NCBI GenBank assembly: GCA_000432275.1
Contig: HF995314.1
Location: 42,313 to 106,312 of the forward strand
From: Proteobacteria bacterium CAG:495
Lineage (GTDB): Bacteria; Pseudomonadota; Alphaproteobacteria; RF32; CAG-239
Length of the DNA: 64,000 nucleotides
Reading direction: 5' to 3'
Under the pieces are notes generated by a model that saw only the letters and a program-made list of their open reading frames with translations, did not search any database and was not told the DNA's origin. The position numbers were made by a program, and so were the translations under genes. This document shows, piece after piece, positions 27,553 through 37,329 of the stretch. The stretch's first letter is position 1, and every line of letters begins with the position of its first letter.

Positions 27553-29799
27553 CTATCTCATCGGTTTTAGAACTATCGTTGCCAGCGGCGGAAGTTTCAC
27601 CCGGATAGAATAAGGTTTGCAATTCCATTCCTGATTTTCGGCATACATCATTCCGTCATTTTTGACGCCGCTTCCCCAGTAGTTTACATCATCACTGTTA
27701 AAGATTTCTTGATAACCGCAATTTTCGTTGACGCCGATGCGATAGTCTTCCCGGACGACGGGGGTAAAGTTTGAAATGACAATGAGGTAATCGCCCGGAT
27801 TAACGCCTTTGCGCATATAGGCAATTACGCTGTCGTCGGAATTGGAATGATCAATCCACTCAAAACCGCGATAGTCGAAATCCTGCTGATACAGCGGAGG
27901 ATTGCCCTTGTACATCAGGTTCAAATCACGCACACAATTCTGCATTCCCTTGTACATGGGATAATCCAGCAAGAACCAACGCAAGCCTTCTTCGGCATTC
28001 CATTCCCAATCCTGACCGAATTCACATCCCATAAACAAAAGCTTTTTGCCGGGGTGGGTAAACATAAAGCCGTAATAAGCGCGCAGGTTGGCAAACTTCT
28101 GCCACTCGTCGCCCGGCATTTTGGCCAGCATAGAACCTTTGCCGTGAACCACCTCGTCATGCGAAATCGGAAGAATAAAGTTTTCGTTAAAGGCATATAA
28201 CAATCCGAAAGTGAGCATTCCGTGATGATATTTGCGATGAACCGGATCATGCGAAATATATTTCAGAGTGTCGTTCATCCACCCCATATTCCACTTGTAG
28301 CCAAAACCAAGCCCGCCCATTGAAGTCGGACGGGAAACCATCGGCCAGGCAGTTGACTCTTCCGCTACGGTGAATGCGCCCTTGACTTCGGAATAAGCAA
28401 GCTCGTTCATCCGCCGCAAGAATGCAATCGCCTCTATGTTTTCATTGCCGCCGTAAATGTTGGGAATCCACTCGCCGTTTTTGCGGGAGTAGTCAAGATA
28501 GAGCATAGAGGCAACCGCGTCGACGCGAAGGCCGTCAATGTGAAACTCCTTGAGCCAGTAGACGGCGCTGGCACACAAGAAATTAGCGACTTCGGTACGG
28601 CCGTAGTTGTAAATCTTCGTTCCCCAGTCGGTGTGTTCTCCCTTACGGGGATCGGCATGCTCATACAGATGGGTGCCGTCAAATTCGTTAAGTCCGTGAC
28701 CGTCTTTGGGAAAATGGGCGGGAACCCAATCCATAATAACAGAAATGCCGGCCTGATGGAACTTGTCAATAAGATAACGAAAATCATCCGGATTACCGAA
28801 ACGGCTGGTGGGAGCAAACATACCGATAACCTGGTACCCCCAGGAACCGTCAAACGGATGCTCGGACACCGGCAAAAATTCAACATGGGTAAAGCCCATA
28901 TTTACAACGTAAGGCACCAAATGATCAGCCAGCTCACGATAGGTCAGATATTCGTTGTTTTCTTTGCGGCGCCATGATCCCAAATGAACCTCATAAACAG
29001 ACATCGGCTTGTCGAACGAATTATGCTCCTCACGGTAATTCATCCAATTGCCGTCATTCCAGTCATAGTGATTGATGTCATAGACCACAGATGCGGTATT
29101 GGGTCTTTTTTCGGCATAAAAAGCAACCGGGTCGGATTTTACCAGGATATAATCCTCCTGCGTTTTGACTTCAAATTTATAAAGCTCGCCCTCGCCGATA
29201 CCGGGAATAAAAATATCCCACACGCCGCAGGTCGGATGCTTGCGCATTACATTGATGCGGCCGTCCCAGTTGTTGAAATTTCCGACCACGCTGACACGTT
29301 TGGCATTGGGAGCCCAGACGGCAAAACTGACGCCTTTGACCCCGTTCATTTCGGCGGGATGGGCACCAAGTTTTTTATACATCTGAAGATGATTTCCCTC
29401 CGCGAGAAGATAGATATCCATATCGCCGAGGAAAGACGGAAAACGATATGGGTCTTCCGCTTCATAAACGCTTCCCATATCATTTTCAATTCGGAATTTG
29501 TAAGCGAAATTTTCTCTTGCGCCGAGGTTAATCTGGTAGAATCCACGATCATCCAAACGGGTCATAAACCCTAAGGAATTATTGTTGTTATCAAGTAGTT
29601 CAATGGCTTTAGAATGAGGCTGATAAGCTCGAATAAAAACTTCTTTGCTGCCCTTGTCTTTATGTATTCCGAGTACTGCAAAAACGTTGCCGTGATCACC
29701 GTTTATTACGGCTTCCATCTCTTCTTTTGATAATAAGTTTTCCATATAGATTTCCTTAAAATTAACAACATAATTCAGACCTAAATTCTTTAGGGACAC
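27553..29799 (-). CDS. glgB: 1,4-alpha-glucan branching enzyme GlgB
   Basis: GH13 branching-enzyme architecture (CBM48 + catalytic). The biological start is possibly the internal [10 protein letters not shown] at 29745. Confidence 0.9.
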   Translation of the reverse strand: MSLKNLGLNYVVNFKEIYMENLLSKEEMEAVINGDHGNVFAVLGIHKDKGSKEVFIRAYQPHSKAIELLDNNNNSLGFMTRLDDRGFYQINLGARENFAYKFRIENDMGSVYEAEDPYRFPSFLGDMDIYLLAEGNHLQMYKKLGAHPAEMNGVKGVSFAVWAPNAKRVSVVGNFNNWDGRINVMRKHPTCGVWDIFIPGIGEGELYKFEVKTQEDYILVKSDPVAFYAEKRPNTASVVYDINHYDWNDGNWMNYREEHNSFDKPMSVYEVHLGSWRRKENNEYLTYRELADHLVPYVVNMGFTHVEFLPVSEHPFDGSWGYQVIGMFAPTSRFGNPDDFRYLIDKFHQAGISVIMDWVPAHFPKDGHGLNEFDGTHLYEHADPRKGEHTDWGTKIYNYGRTEVANFLCASAVYWLKEFHIDGLRVDAVASMLYLDYSRKNGEWIPNIYGGNENIEAIAFLRRMNELAYSEVKGAFTVAEESTAWPMVSRPTSMGGLGFGYKWNMGWMNDTLKYISHDPVHRKYHHGMLTFGLLYAFNENFILPISHDEVVHGKGSMLAKMPGDEWQKFANLRAYYGFMFTHPGKKLLFMGCEFGQDWEWNAEEGLRWFLLDYPMYKGMQNCVRDLNLMYKGNPPLYQQDFDYRGFEWIDHSNSDDSVIAYMRKGVNPGDYLIVISNFTPVVREDYRIGVNENCGYQEIFNSDDVNYWGSGVKNDGMMYAENQEWNCKPYSIRVKLPPLATIVLKPMR

Positions 29800-29902
29800 G
29801 GTCTTTTTAAATATCTATAATTTCTTATAATTTTAAATGCAAGCTTTTTAAGCCCCCTGAAAAAAATATTTTAGAAAATCAAGAAATTCAGAGGATTAAT
29901 AG

Positions 29903-29931
29903 TTGACGTATTAAAATTTAATTGTATATTA
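29903..29931 (+). promoter_or_regulatory. putative sigma-70 promoter TTGACG-N16-TATATT for the DUF2934-like gene
   Basis: Hexamers at 29903-29908 and 29925-29930 in an AT-rich intergenic region, about 40 nt upstream of the ATG at 29971. Confidence 0.4.
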
Positions 29932-29970
29932 ATTATTGTTTACCAAAAATTTTATTTGGAGTTAGTGATT

Positions 29971-30222
29971 ATGATGAAAAATATCGAACAAGCTATCAGA
30001 GAAGCTGCTTATTACAACTGGCAAAACGCCGGCTGCCCGCAAGGTCAGGATGAGTACTTCTGGGCTATGGCTGTTGAGCAGTTTTCCAACAAAAGCAGCT
30101 GCAGCAAATCTTCTTGCAAATCATCATCTGCAAAGAAATGCTCTACTTCTTCTGCCAAGAAAACTTCTTCTTGCAAGTCCAGCTCGAGCAAAAGTTCAAG
30201 CGCTAAAAAATCTTCTAAATAG
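29971..30222 (+). CDS. DUF2934-like small protein with Ser/Lys/Cys-rich C-terminal tail
   Basis: IREAAYYNWQNAGCPQGQDEYFWAMA matches the DUF2934 signature (R-x-R-A-Y-x-x-W-x-x-G-x-P-x-G). The tail is KSSCSKSSCKSSSAKK... RBS GGAG precedes ATGATG. Confidence 0.6.
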   Translation: MMKNIEQAIREAAYYNWQNAGCPQGQDEYFWAMAVEQFSNKSSCSKSSCKSSSAKKCSTSSAKKTSSCKSSSSKSSSAKKSSK

Positions 30223-30289
30223 ATTTGTTTTAGCATCAAAAACAATAAAGAAAGTTCCTGTGTTTAAGGAACTTTTTTTATGTCCGGAA

Positions 30290-31609
30290 TCAGGGTTTCC
30301 GCAACGTAAAAATCCACCCCATAACTTCGGCCTCACCTTCGTTGCGAAGCTTTGCCTCACTTTGGTTTGCCAAGACAAAACCACTTTTTTCCGCACAGCT
30401 TTTGACATAGTTTTCGGCATGAGCAAAACGTCCGGAAAGATGCAGATAATAATCCTGCGAATCAAACACGTTACGGGTTACGGAAAAAATAAAATTTCCA
30501 CCCGGAGCGAGAATACGAAAAAACGAATCAAAAACGTTTTGCAGTTCACCAAAATAAGTAAGAACATCCGCGGCGACAATCATATCGTACGGCGTTTCGG
30601 CAACTGCGGAAAAATGCTCCAAATCATCAACAAACAATTGTTTATAAATGTTTTTTTTGCGAGCTTCCATAATCATTCGAACAGATAAATCAACCCCGAA
30701 AAAAGCAGCGTGCGGCAAAATTTCCGACAGCAGTTTGGCACACAGACCGGTGCCGCAACCGGCGTCCAAAACATTGAGAGCAGCCTCAGAATCCGTACCG
30801 TAAATTTTAGCTGCCGCAGAGCGAATCAGCTGAGGTACGCTATAGTTTAACGCCGCCAAAGAATCCTCAAACGTGTCGGCAAAAACATCAAAAATATTTT
30901 GCACATATGCGGAATCCGCCTTAGTGACTTTCGGACTGTGGCGGAGGGAATCCGCGACATATTTTACCACGGCATTTTCCGAATAAGCGTCGAGCCATTT
31001 TTGCAAAGCGTCATCAATGTATTTTTCGCCTTTTTCGATTGCTGCTTCGTAAAGCGTATAGGCAAAATTTATATGCTGGGAATCCGCGCCGCCGCTTAAG
31101 GTTACGGCCTGCCAGGCATGCTCTATTCCGCGCAAGTGGTCGCCGCTTTTCTGGTAGGCCTGCCCCAGATAATTGTGAAGCCAAAAATCAGAAGAATCGA
31201 GTTGCAGCGCCTGCTGAAAAACGGGAATGGAATCCGCATAATCGTCTTCTTCAAAAAAAGCATATGCAAGTGCGGTCAGAGCCGAGACGTTTTGGGAATC
31301 GGTTTTTAAAACTTCCTGCGCATAACGGCGCGCTTCCGCATAATTGCGCATAGCATGAAAAGTGTTGGCAATGTTGATTTTCAAACTAACATCCCCGGGC
31401 GCCACTTTCTGCATTTTGCGATACCATTCCAGCGCCTTTTCATAATTGCGGCGGAGATAAAAAATATTGCCCAGAATAAGCAGGGAATCCGCATTTTTTT
31501 TATCAACCCGCAAAGCCTGCAACGCCAATTGCTCTGCAGCGGCATAATCTCCGCGGCGATAGGCTGCATTGCTGTCATAACTTAATTGTACTGCTGTGGA
31601 CTGCGACAT
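30290..31609 (-). CDS. TPR-repeat protein fused to class I SAM-dependent methyltransferase
   Basis: N-terminal tandem TPRs. C-terminal methyltransferase motif I VLDAGCGTGLCAKLL and post-I acidic residue (FFGVDLS). Confidence 0.8.
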   Translation of the reverse strand: MSQSTAVQLSYDSNAAYRRGDYAAAEQLALQALRVDKKNADSLLILGNIFYLRRNYEKALEWYRKMQKVAPGDVSLKINIANTFHAMRNYAEARRYAQEVLKTDSQNVSALTALAYAFFEEDDYADSIPVFQQALQLDSSDFWLHNYLGQAYQKSGDHLRGIEHAWQAVTLSGGADSQHINFAYTLYEAAIEKGEKYIDDALQKWLDAYSENAVVKYVADSLRHSPKVTKADSAYVQNIFDVFADTFEDSLAALNYSVPQLIRSAAAKIYGTDSEAALNVLDAGCGTGLCAKLLSEILPHAAFFGVDLSVRMIMEARKKNIYKQLFVDDLEHFSAVAETPYDMIVAADVLTYFGELQNVFDSFFRILAPGGNFIFSVTRNVFDSQDYYLHLSGRFAHAENYVKSCAEKSGFVLANQSEAKLRNEGEAEVMGWIFTLRKP

Positions 31610-31855
31610 TGTTTCTGATATCCGATTGTTTGAAATTTTGATACGGGGTATAGCATAAAGAATCTAAATTAATATTAATAAAATTCCAAAGCGTCTTTTT
31701 TTTACCGACAAACGAAGAGACTTTTTCAGGGGCCATATTCGATTTGCCCCCCAAAAAAATTCATTGAACATTTTTCATTCTGACTCGGTATGCCAAGTAT
31801 TTGATATTTATATGAGGGAATTTGCGCTTTAAAGTCAGAATGGAATAGAGAAAAA

Positions 31856-31893
31856 AAATAAAAAGCCTTGATAAAAAACCAAGGCTTTTCAAT
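31856..31893 (-). terminator. rho-independent terminator 3' of tRNA-Leu
   Basis: AAAGCCTTG / CAAGGCTTT stem followed on the minus strand by a U-rich tract. Confidence 0.55.
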
Positions 31894-31894
31894 T

Positions 31895-31980
31895 TGGTAG
31901 GGGTAGTCAGACTCGAACTGACACGGCCTGAGGCCACAAGATTTTGAGTCTAGCGCGTCTACCAGTTCCGCCATACCCCC
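31895..31980 (-). tRNA. tRNA-Leu (anticodon CAA), class II with long variable arm
   Basis: Manual fold: acceptor GGGGGTA/TACCCCT, anticodon loop CUCAAAA, variable arm GGCC/GGCC hairpin, T-arm GTCAG-TTCGAGT-CTGAC. The 3' end is CCA. D-arm nearly identical to E. coli tRNA-Leu. Confidence 0.9.
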
Positions 31981-32070
31981 ACAAAGTATTTGCATAAATA
32001 ATATATTTAATTGGACTCGTCAACAGTTTTTTTATAATATCTGAGAAGTTTTTAAGATAAGGAGAAAATT

Positions 32071-33036
32071 ATGCATATTCTGGTCATCGGCGGCGCCGGG
32101 TATATCGGCAGCCATGTGGTTAAGGCTCTGCTGGACAAAGGGATGCGGGTCACCGTTTTTGACAACCTCTCCACCGGACTGAAAATCAATTTTTTTGAAA
32201 AAGCCGAATATGTTGTCGGCGATATTCTGAACTATGACGAAATCGCCTCTGCCATGCAGAAGAATGTCGACGGGGTTGTTTTGCTGGCTGCAAAAAAAGC
32301 CGTCGGAGAATCGATGTCGTTTCCGGAAAAATATGCTCTCAACAACATCAGCGGGACAATCAACGTCTTAAACGCGATGAGTGCGCATAATGTCAAAAAT
32401 CTGGTATTTTCTTCTTCTGCGGCGGTTTACGGAATGCCCGAATATTTGCCGATTGACGAGCAGCATCCGCTCAATCCCATCAATTTTTACGGTTTTACCA
32501 AATACGACATGGAAAAATACTTTGAATGGTACGACCGTCTGAAAGGTATAAAATATGTTTCGCTGCGCTATTTTAACGCCGTCGGCTACGACGAGGACGG
32601 AGATGTCAGAGGCTTGGAAAAGAATCCGCAAAACCTGCTGCCCATCGTGATGGAAACGGCTGTCGGCATACGCGAGAAAATGCAAATTTTCGGCAACGAC
32701 TACGACACCCGCGACGGCACATGCATTCGGGATTACATACACGTTACGGACCTTGCCGCGGCGCACATTGCCGCCTTGGATTTTTTGAGCCGAAAACAGC
32801 AAAGCGAAATTTTTAACCTGGGAACCGAAACGGGTATCAGCGTGTTGGAAATGGTGAATAAAACCGAAGAACTTTTAGGATTGAAAATTAACTATGAATT
32901 TGCGCCGAGACGCCCGGGAGACCCCGCCGTTCTGACCGCTTCCGTCGGCAAAGCCCGTAAAGTTTTAGGCTGGACAGCCACGCACAGCAGCCTTGAAAAC
33001 ATTATACTTTCAACTTGGCAAGCATATAAACATTAG
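32071..33036 (+). CDS. galE: UDP-glucose 4-epimerase GalE
   Basis: Rossmann GGAGYIGSH, YxxxK catalytic region. 321 aa. Confidence 0.9.
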   Translation: MHILVIGGAGYIGSHVVKALLDKGMRVTVFDNLSTGLKINFFEKAEYVVGDILNYDEIASAMQKNVDGVVLLAAKKAVGESMSFPEKYALNNISGTINVLNAMSAHNVKNLVFSSSAAVYGMPEYLPIDEQHPLNPINFYGFTKYDMEKYFEWYDRLKGIKYVSLRYFNAVGYDEDGDVRGLEKNPQNLLPIVMETAVGIREKMQIFGNDYDTRDGTCIRDYIHVTDLAAAHIAALDFLSRKQQSEIFNLGTETGISVLEMVNKTEELLGLKINYEFAPRRPGDPAVLTASVGKARKVLGWTATHSSLENIILSTWQAYKH

Positions 33037-33109
33037 TTATACACAACTTTTTAAGAAAAAATTAAGAATTATATTTAGCACATTCAAAGCCACGATGAGG
33101 AGGACGAGA

Positions 33110-33322
33110 ATGGCCAAAATGAATGTTGCGACTTTTTTGATGGGAAACATCAGCAGCCGGCTTCCCAATGAGCTGGGCGAACACGAACGCGGAATAATCA
33201 TTAATCAGATGATAGAAAGCTGGGAAGACCGCAAATACCTGCATCCGCTGCCGCGGCATGAGACCAAACGTTCGGCCAACCATTTTTCAGCCGAATACAA
33301 TTGGGGCTTCCGAAAGAATTAG
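33110..33322 (+). CDS. hypothetical small protein (70 aa)
   Basis: Strong RBS GAGGAGGA 5-12 nt upstream of the ATG at 33110. No recognisable domain. Convergent with flaF. Confidence 0.35.
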   Translation: MAKMNVATFLMGNISSRLPNELGEHERGIIINQMIESWEDRKYLHPLPRHETKRSANHFSAEYNWGFRKN

Positions 33323-33344
33323 ACGGGACCGCCGGCGGAATTTT

Positions 33345-33710
33345 CTATCCGCCGTTGCCAGCCAGTCCTTTAGCAATATTCATATTGATGTTTATCAATA
33401 CGTTAAGTTTTTCGGGAGTTGGGTTAATCAAAATCTCCACAGTTCTTTGGAAAATAAACATTGCCAAGTTCAGAATGCTTCTTCTGACCTCTTCTGGCTG
33501 AGGACAATCCGCTTCGCCCATGGCAGAAGCCAAAATCGTCCACAATTTGCGATTTTTTTCTAACGCTTCATCCAACTCACTTTTACGCTCATCCCAGTTT
33601 TCCATAATTGCATTCAGAGCCGAAGCGGTCCGAATAAGGGCGCGGCTTTCCAATTCTGTCTGCTCAAGCCCTAAAACCTGGTTTTGCGTATAGTTTTGAG
33701 ATGCGTCCAT
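33345..33710 (-). CDS. flaF: flagellar biosynthesis regulator FlaF
   Basis: 121 aa. The pattern RKLWTILASAMGEADCPQPEEVRRSILNLAMFIFQRT...INMNIAKGLAG parallels Caulobacter/Sinorhizobium FlaF (RLWxxLaxD...LPxELRaqI.sL..). No flbT partner downstream. Confidence 0.7.
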   Translation of the reverse strand: MDASQNYTQNQVLGLEQTELESRALIRTASALNAIMENWDERKSELDEALEKNRKLWTILASAMGEADCPQPEEVRRSILNLAMFIFQRTVEILINPTPEKLNVLININMNIAKGLAGNGG

Positions 33711-33826
33711 TTATATAATTTTCATCCTTATAAAATGTTTCTTAACCTAATTACAGTATGATGATAACATCGTTTAAGTTACGGAATGGTAAACATCCGC
33801 AGAAAAAAATATTAGGGACGAAACTA

Positions 33827-34717
33827 ATGAAAAAGATTATGTCATTTGGTTTGGCTGCCGCATTTATCGCCGTCAGCATTATGAGCGCACAGGCTATGGT
33901 CCGCTACGAAGACAAGTACCCGAAAAAAATCCGGGAAGTGCGAATCACCGGGTTTATCGACTATGCCCCGTTTGGTTACACCCAGCATCCGGACAGCAAA
34001 ATGCGCGGCAAATTTTTCTCGGTTTATCAGCCGATGATTGATACGTTTCAGAAAGAAAACAATCTGAAAATCATATACAACCTCAAGAAAAACGATTATG
34101 AAGACCTGGTTGCTGCCGTTCGCAGCGGCGACATCGACATGATTTTGGGAATGTATCACGAAACGGAATTATACAAAGGTCTGGAGGCGGTTTATCCGTC
34201 AATCATGAGCAATCCGATTACGGTTTTTATGCTGCCGAATCGCATTAACGAGGTTCAAAAAATAGAAGACTTGAAAAAGCTGAAAGGCGTCGGCATCACA
34301 AAAGAGCACTACAGCGACTATGTTGCGGAGCAGATTAAACAATATAATCTGGAAATGGTTGACACGCCTTATGAATTGTTTGAACGTTTATTTACCAAAA
34401 AAGCCGATTATATTATGGTCAGCCAGTACTATGGCCTGGTTGAGGCAATCAAACTGGGACTGAGGGAACAAATCAGCATCGCCAAGCAAACCCTTTGGAA
34501 GATGCCCCTGTTTATCGGCGTCTCAAAGATTTCGCCGCAGCGCAAGCTTATCACCCAGAAACTTACCCGTTTTTCCGAAGATCCGAAAAACCAACAGCTG
34601 ATTGAAGACTATCTCAAACAGATGATTGCCGATTTTGAAAAAGAATACAACGGCGTCGTACCGCCGACTTTCGGCCTGGAAAAAGACGCTCCGCAAAAAA
34701 ACGACGAACAGAAGTGA
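33827..34717 (+). CDS. periplasmic solute-binding protein (SBP family 3-like)
   Basis: Signal peptide MKKIMSFGLAAAFIAVSIMSAQA followed by a two-lobe SBP-like sequence. Confidence 0.7.
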   Translation: MKKIMSFGLAAAFIAVSIMSAQAMVRYEDKYPKKIREVRITGFIDYAPFGYTQHPDSKMRGKFFSVYQPMIDTFQKENNLKIIYNLKKNDYEDLVAAVRSGDIDMILGMYHETELYKGLEAVYPSIMSNPITVFMLPNRINEVQKIEDLKKLKGVGITKEHYSDYVAEQIKQYNLEMVDTPYELFERLFTKKADYIMVSQYYGLVEAIKLGLREQISIAKQTLWKMPLFIGVSKISPQRKLITQKLTRFSEDPKNQQLIEDYLKQMIADFEKEYNGVVPPTFGLEKDAPQKNDEQK

Positions 34718-34783
34718 TGTCTGCTTGACCTTTAAAATCTTGCAGGTAGAATAAATTAAACCAGTTTAGAAAAGGCGAATAAC

Positions 34784-35449
34784 ATGGTATTGCTGATACA
34801 TCATCCGGTTTCCCCGCACGCCAGAAAAATCAGAGCATTGATGAGCGAAAAAAAGATGCTGTTCATCCTAAAGGAAGAAGAGCCCTGGAAGCTTTCCGAC
34901 GATGTATACAAACTTAATCCGGCAGGAGAACTTCCGATATTTCTGAGCGACGGCAACGTGGTGGTGGGCAATTACGCAATCACCGAATATCTGGAAGAAA
35001 CCGGTTCCGAAGCGCCGATGATAAGCGGCGATGCCAAGCAACGAGCCGAAATCCGCCGTATTACGGAATGGTTTGACAACAAGTTTTACAAAGAGGTCTA
35101 CCGCAACATCGTTTACGAAAAGGTGCACAAGCGCTTTGCCCAGGGGAGCGCGCCGGATTCAAAAATTCTGAAAGTAGGCTTAAACAACCTTAACTTTCAT
35201 CTTGAATATCTTGACTGGCTGCTGGAACGCCGCACTTATCTGGCAACGGACGAATTTACGCTGGCCGACATTGCCGCCGCAGCGCATTTGTCTATCATCG
35301 ATTATCTCGGCGACGTTCCCTGGGACTTGTACCGCAATGTCAAACTTTGGTATTCCAAGGTCAAATCCCGCCCTTGCTTTAAAGACATCCTCAAGGATAA
35401 CATTCGCGGTATTCTGCCGGCAAAACATTATGCAAATTTAGATTTTTAA
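34784..35449 (+). CDS. glutathione S-transferase
   Basis: N-terminal thioredoxin-like GST fold (HHPVSPHARKIRAL...ELPIF...GNYAITEYLEE) and GST_C helices (LADIAAAAHLSIIDYL). Confidence 0.8.
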   Translation: MVLLIHHPVSPHARKIRALMSEKKMLFILKEEEPWKLSDDVYKLNPAGELPIFLSDGNVVVGNYAITEYLEETGSEAPMISGDAKQRAEIRRITEWFDNKFYKEVYRNIVYEKVHKRFAQGSAPDSKILKVGLNNLNFHLEYLDWLLERRTYLATDEFTLADIAAAAHLSIIDYLGDVPWDLYRNVKLWYSKVKSRPCFKDILKDNIRGILPAKHYANLDF

Positions 35450-35458
35450 GAGGAAGCA

Positions 35459-35923
35459 ATGAATAAAAAACTGCTGCTGACATTTATGGCCTGCGCCCTG
35501 AGTTCCTGCACTTACTTTCAAAAAGGCGCCGGGCAGGTCGTATATCACTGGGAAAAACCGCATACCGGCGTAGAAAAGTTTTCGCGGGATCATGCCGAGT
35601 GCCTGATGGCGGCAAAGGAATTCAAATTAATGCCGGACTTCCGCTCCTGGTTTTACACCGAAGAGACTAAACTCGACACCCGTGCCGACTGGAAGTCATC
35701 TAAGGGTATCTGGGCTTCTTACGTGCCCTACCCCGGCGCACAGCCGCTCATCGTAAACTCCCGTTATGACGACGACGACATCAGTCCCAAAAATTATCGT
35801 AAATGTATGCAAAGCAAAGGATACTGGGCAAGGGAGCACGACATCCCGGAAATTACCAACATCAACCTTTACAAAGCTCGTACGCCCTACTTGCGGCAGC
35901 CGTTCAGCTCACCCAATATCTGA
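35459..35923 (+). CDS. hypothetical lipoprotein
   Basis: Lipobox LSSC after an N-terminal signal. 154 aa, no known domain. Confidence 0.6.
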   Translation: MNKKLLLTFMACALSSCTYFQKGAGQVVYHWEKPHTGVEKFSRDHAECLMAAKEFKLMPDFRSWFYTEETKLDTRADWKSSKGIWASYVPYPGAQPLIVNSRYDDDDISPKNYRKCMQSKGYWAREHDIPEITNINLYKARTPYLRQPFSSPNI

Positions 35924-37329
35924 GGCAGAGTTTGGGGACAATAACCGCCGCCCACCGCTTTGTAAAAAGTGACGATGTTTTGATAAATTGCAGCATTGCT
36001 GGCTATCAGGGTGTTTTCGGATTCAAGGAGGTTTTGCTGCGAAGTCAGGACATCGCTGAAGTCTATCAACCCCTGTTTGTATTTTTCCAGCGTTAGCGAC
36101 GCGACTTCTTTCTGAGCCGTCACCGCTTCGTTTGAAGAACTGTTGCGTTCATATTCCTGCTCCAGCGCAACCACGGCATTGCGAATTTCCGCCGCAGCGT
36201 TCAGCAGCGCAGACTGGTACTGATACATTTTTTCACGCGTTGCAGATTTTTGCAATTCGACGTTTTCGCTTAGCTGTCCCCAATGGAACAAAGGAAGTCC
36301 GATTGCGGGCGAAATGCTGTACATATCATGCGAACTGCTTATCAGACTTGACAAGTTTCGAGACTGATAACCGAGAAAACCGCTGATGCTGACCGAGGGA
36401 AAAAGCTCTGCAATCGCCTGGCCGATTTTGGCATTCTGGGCAACAAGCTGCTGTTCGGTTATACGCACGTCGGGACGGTTACGGATGACCGATACGGGAA
36501 GGTTGTACAGCTGTTGAATATCATAATCAAAACGGCGGCGGACAAGATTGCGGGAAGCATCTTCGACATCGGCATTCAACTCTCCGGGCAATTTTCCGAC
36601 CAAAATGGCCAAAGCATTGCGGTAGGCCTCGAGTTGCGCCTTTAGCTGCGGAATGAGAGCCTGCGTCGTTTCAACAATGTAGCGCGATTGGTTCAAGGCG
36701 ACGTCATCAGCCAATCCGGCTTCGTTTTTGGCTTTTACCAGCTCATATATGTCTTGTTGCAGCTTGAGATTGCGTTCGGAAATACGCAGCTGTTCCTGAG
36801 CACGGCGCAGGTTAAAATAGTTATTGGCTATTTCCGCCGTCAGTGTCAGTTTGACGTTATCGAGGTTTGAGGCTGCCGCTCGCACCAAAGCCTGAGAACT
36901 TTCGGTCAACCTGCGGCCGCCGCCCCAAATGTCGAGTTCCCAGCTGGCATCCAATCCGGTCTGATAATAGTCAGTAGTAATCGGAACGCCGTAACTGACC
37001 GAATCTTTCACCTTATGATAACTGCCGTCAATATCGAGCATCGGAAAATTATTTACGGCATTAATACGCAAACTGTTGCGCGACTGGCGCAAATTTTCAA
37101 CCGCGGCAGAAACGTCAGGATTATGCTGTAACCCCTGAAGCACCATACGGTTCAGCAAAGTATCGTTAAACCGGCGATACCATTCGCGTTCTACCGGCTG
37201 CGCAACTTCATTCAACCGCAGGGACGCGCTAATCGCCTTGTCGGTATAGATTTCCGGTCGGCGGTAATCCGGGCCAAGGGTGCAAGACGACAGCAATGCC
37301 AAAGAAAACAGCGAAAAATATCTACGCAT
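35887..37329 (-). CDS. outer-membrane efflux lipoprotein (NodT/OprM OMF family)
   Basis: Start chosen at [16 protein letters not shown] (lipobox) with RBS AAAGGAGG. It overlaps the upstream RND stop by 8 nt (ATGCGTAG). Two OEP repeats are present. Confidence 0.85.
   Translation of the reverse strand: MRRYFSLFSLALLSSCTLGPDYRRPEIYTDKAISASLRLNEVAQPVEREWYRRFNDTLLNRMVLQGLQHNPDVSAAVENLRQSRNSLRINAVNNFPMLDIDGSYHKVKDSVSYGVPITTDYYQTGLDASWELDIWGGGRRLTESSQALVRAAASNLDNVKLTLTAEIANNYFNLRRAQEQLRISERNLKLQQDIYELVKAKNEAGLADDVALNQSRYIVETTQALIPQLKAQLEAYRNALAILVGKLPGELNADVEDASRNLVRRRFDYDIQQLYNLPVSVIRNRPDVRITEQQLVAQNAKIGQAIAELFPSVSISGFLGYQSRNLSSLISSSHDMYSISPAIGLPLFHWGQLSENVELQKSATREKMYQYQSALLNAAAEIRNAVVALEQEYERNSSSNEAVTAQKEVASLTLEKYKQGLIDFSDVLTSQQNLLESENTLIASNAAIYQNIVTFYKAVGGGYCPQTLPQILGELNGCRK

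Noticed and set aside
31726-31995. 89-aa ORF MQILCGGMAELVDALDSKS...
   Set aside because: It is the translation of the tRNA-Leu gene and its flanks, and is not coding.
31610-32070. Integrative element at tRNA-Leu
   Set aside because: There is no integrase or recombinase ORF, and no direct repeat of the tRNA 3' end was seen nearby. The flanking genes (TPR-methyltransferase, galE) look like ordinary chromosomal genes.
33062-33283. Minus-strand 73-aa ORF downstream of flaF as a candidate FlbT
   Set aside because: No similarity to FlbT (MPLKLSLKPGE...). It overlaps the better-supported plus-strand 70-aa ORF, which has a strong RBS.
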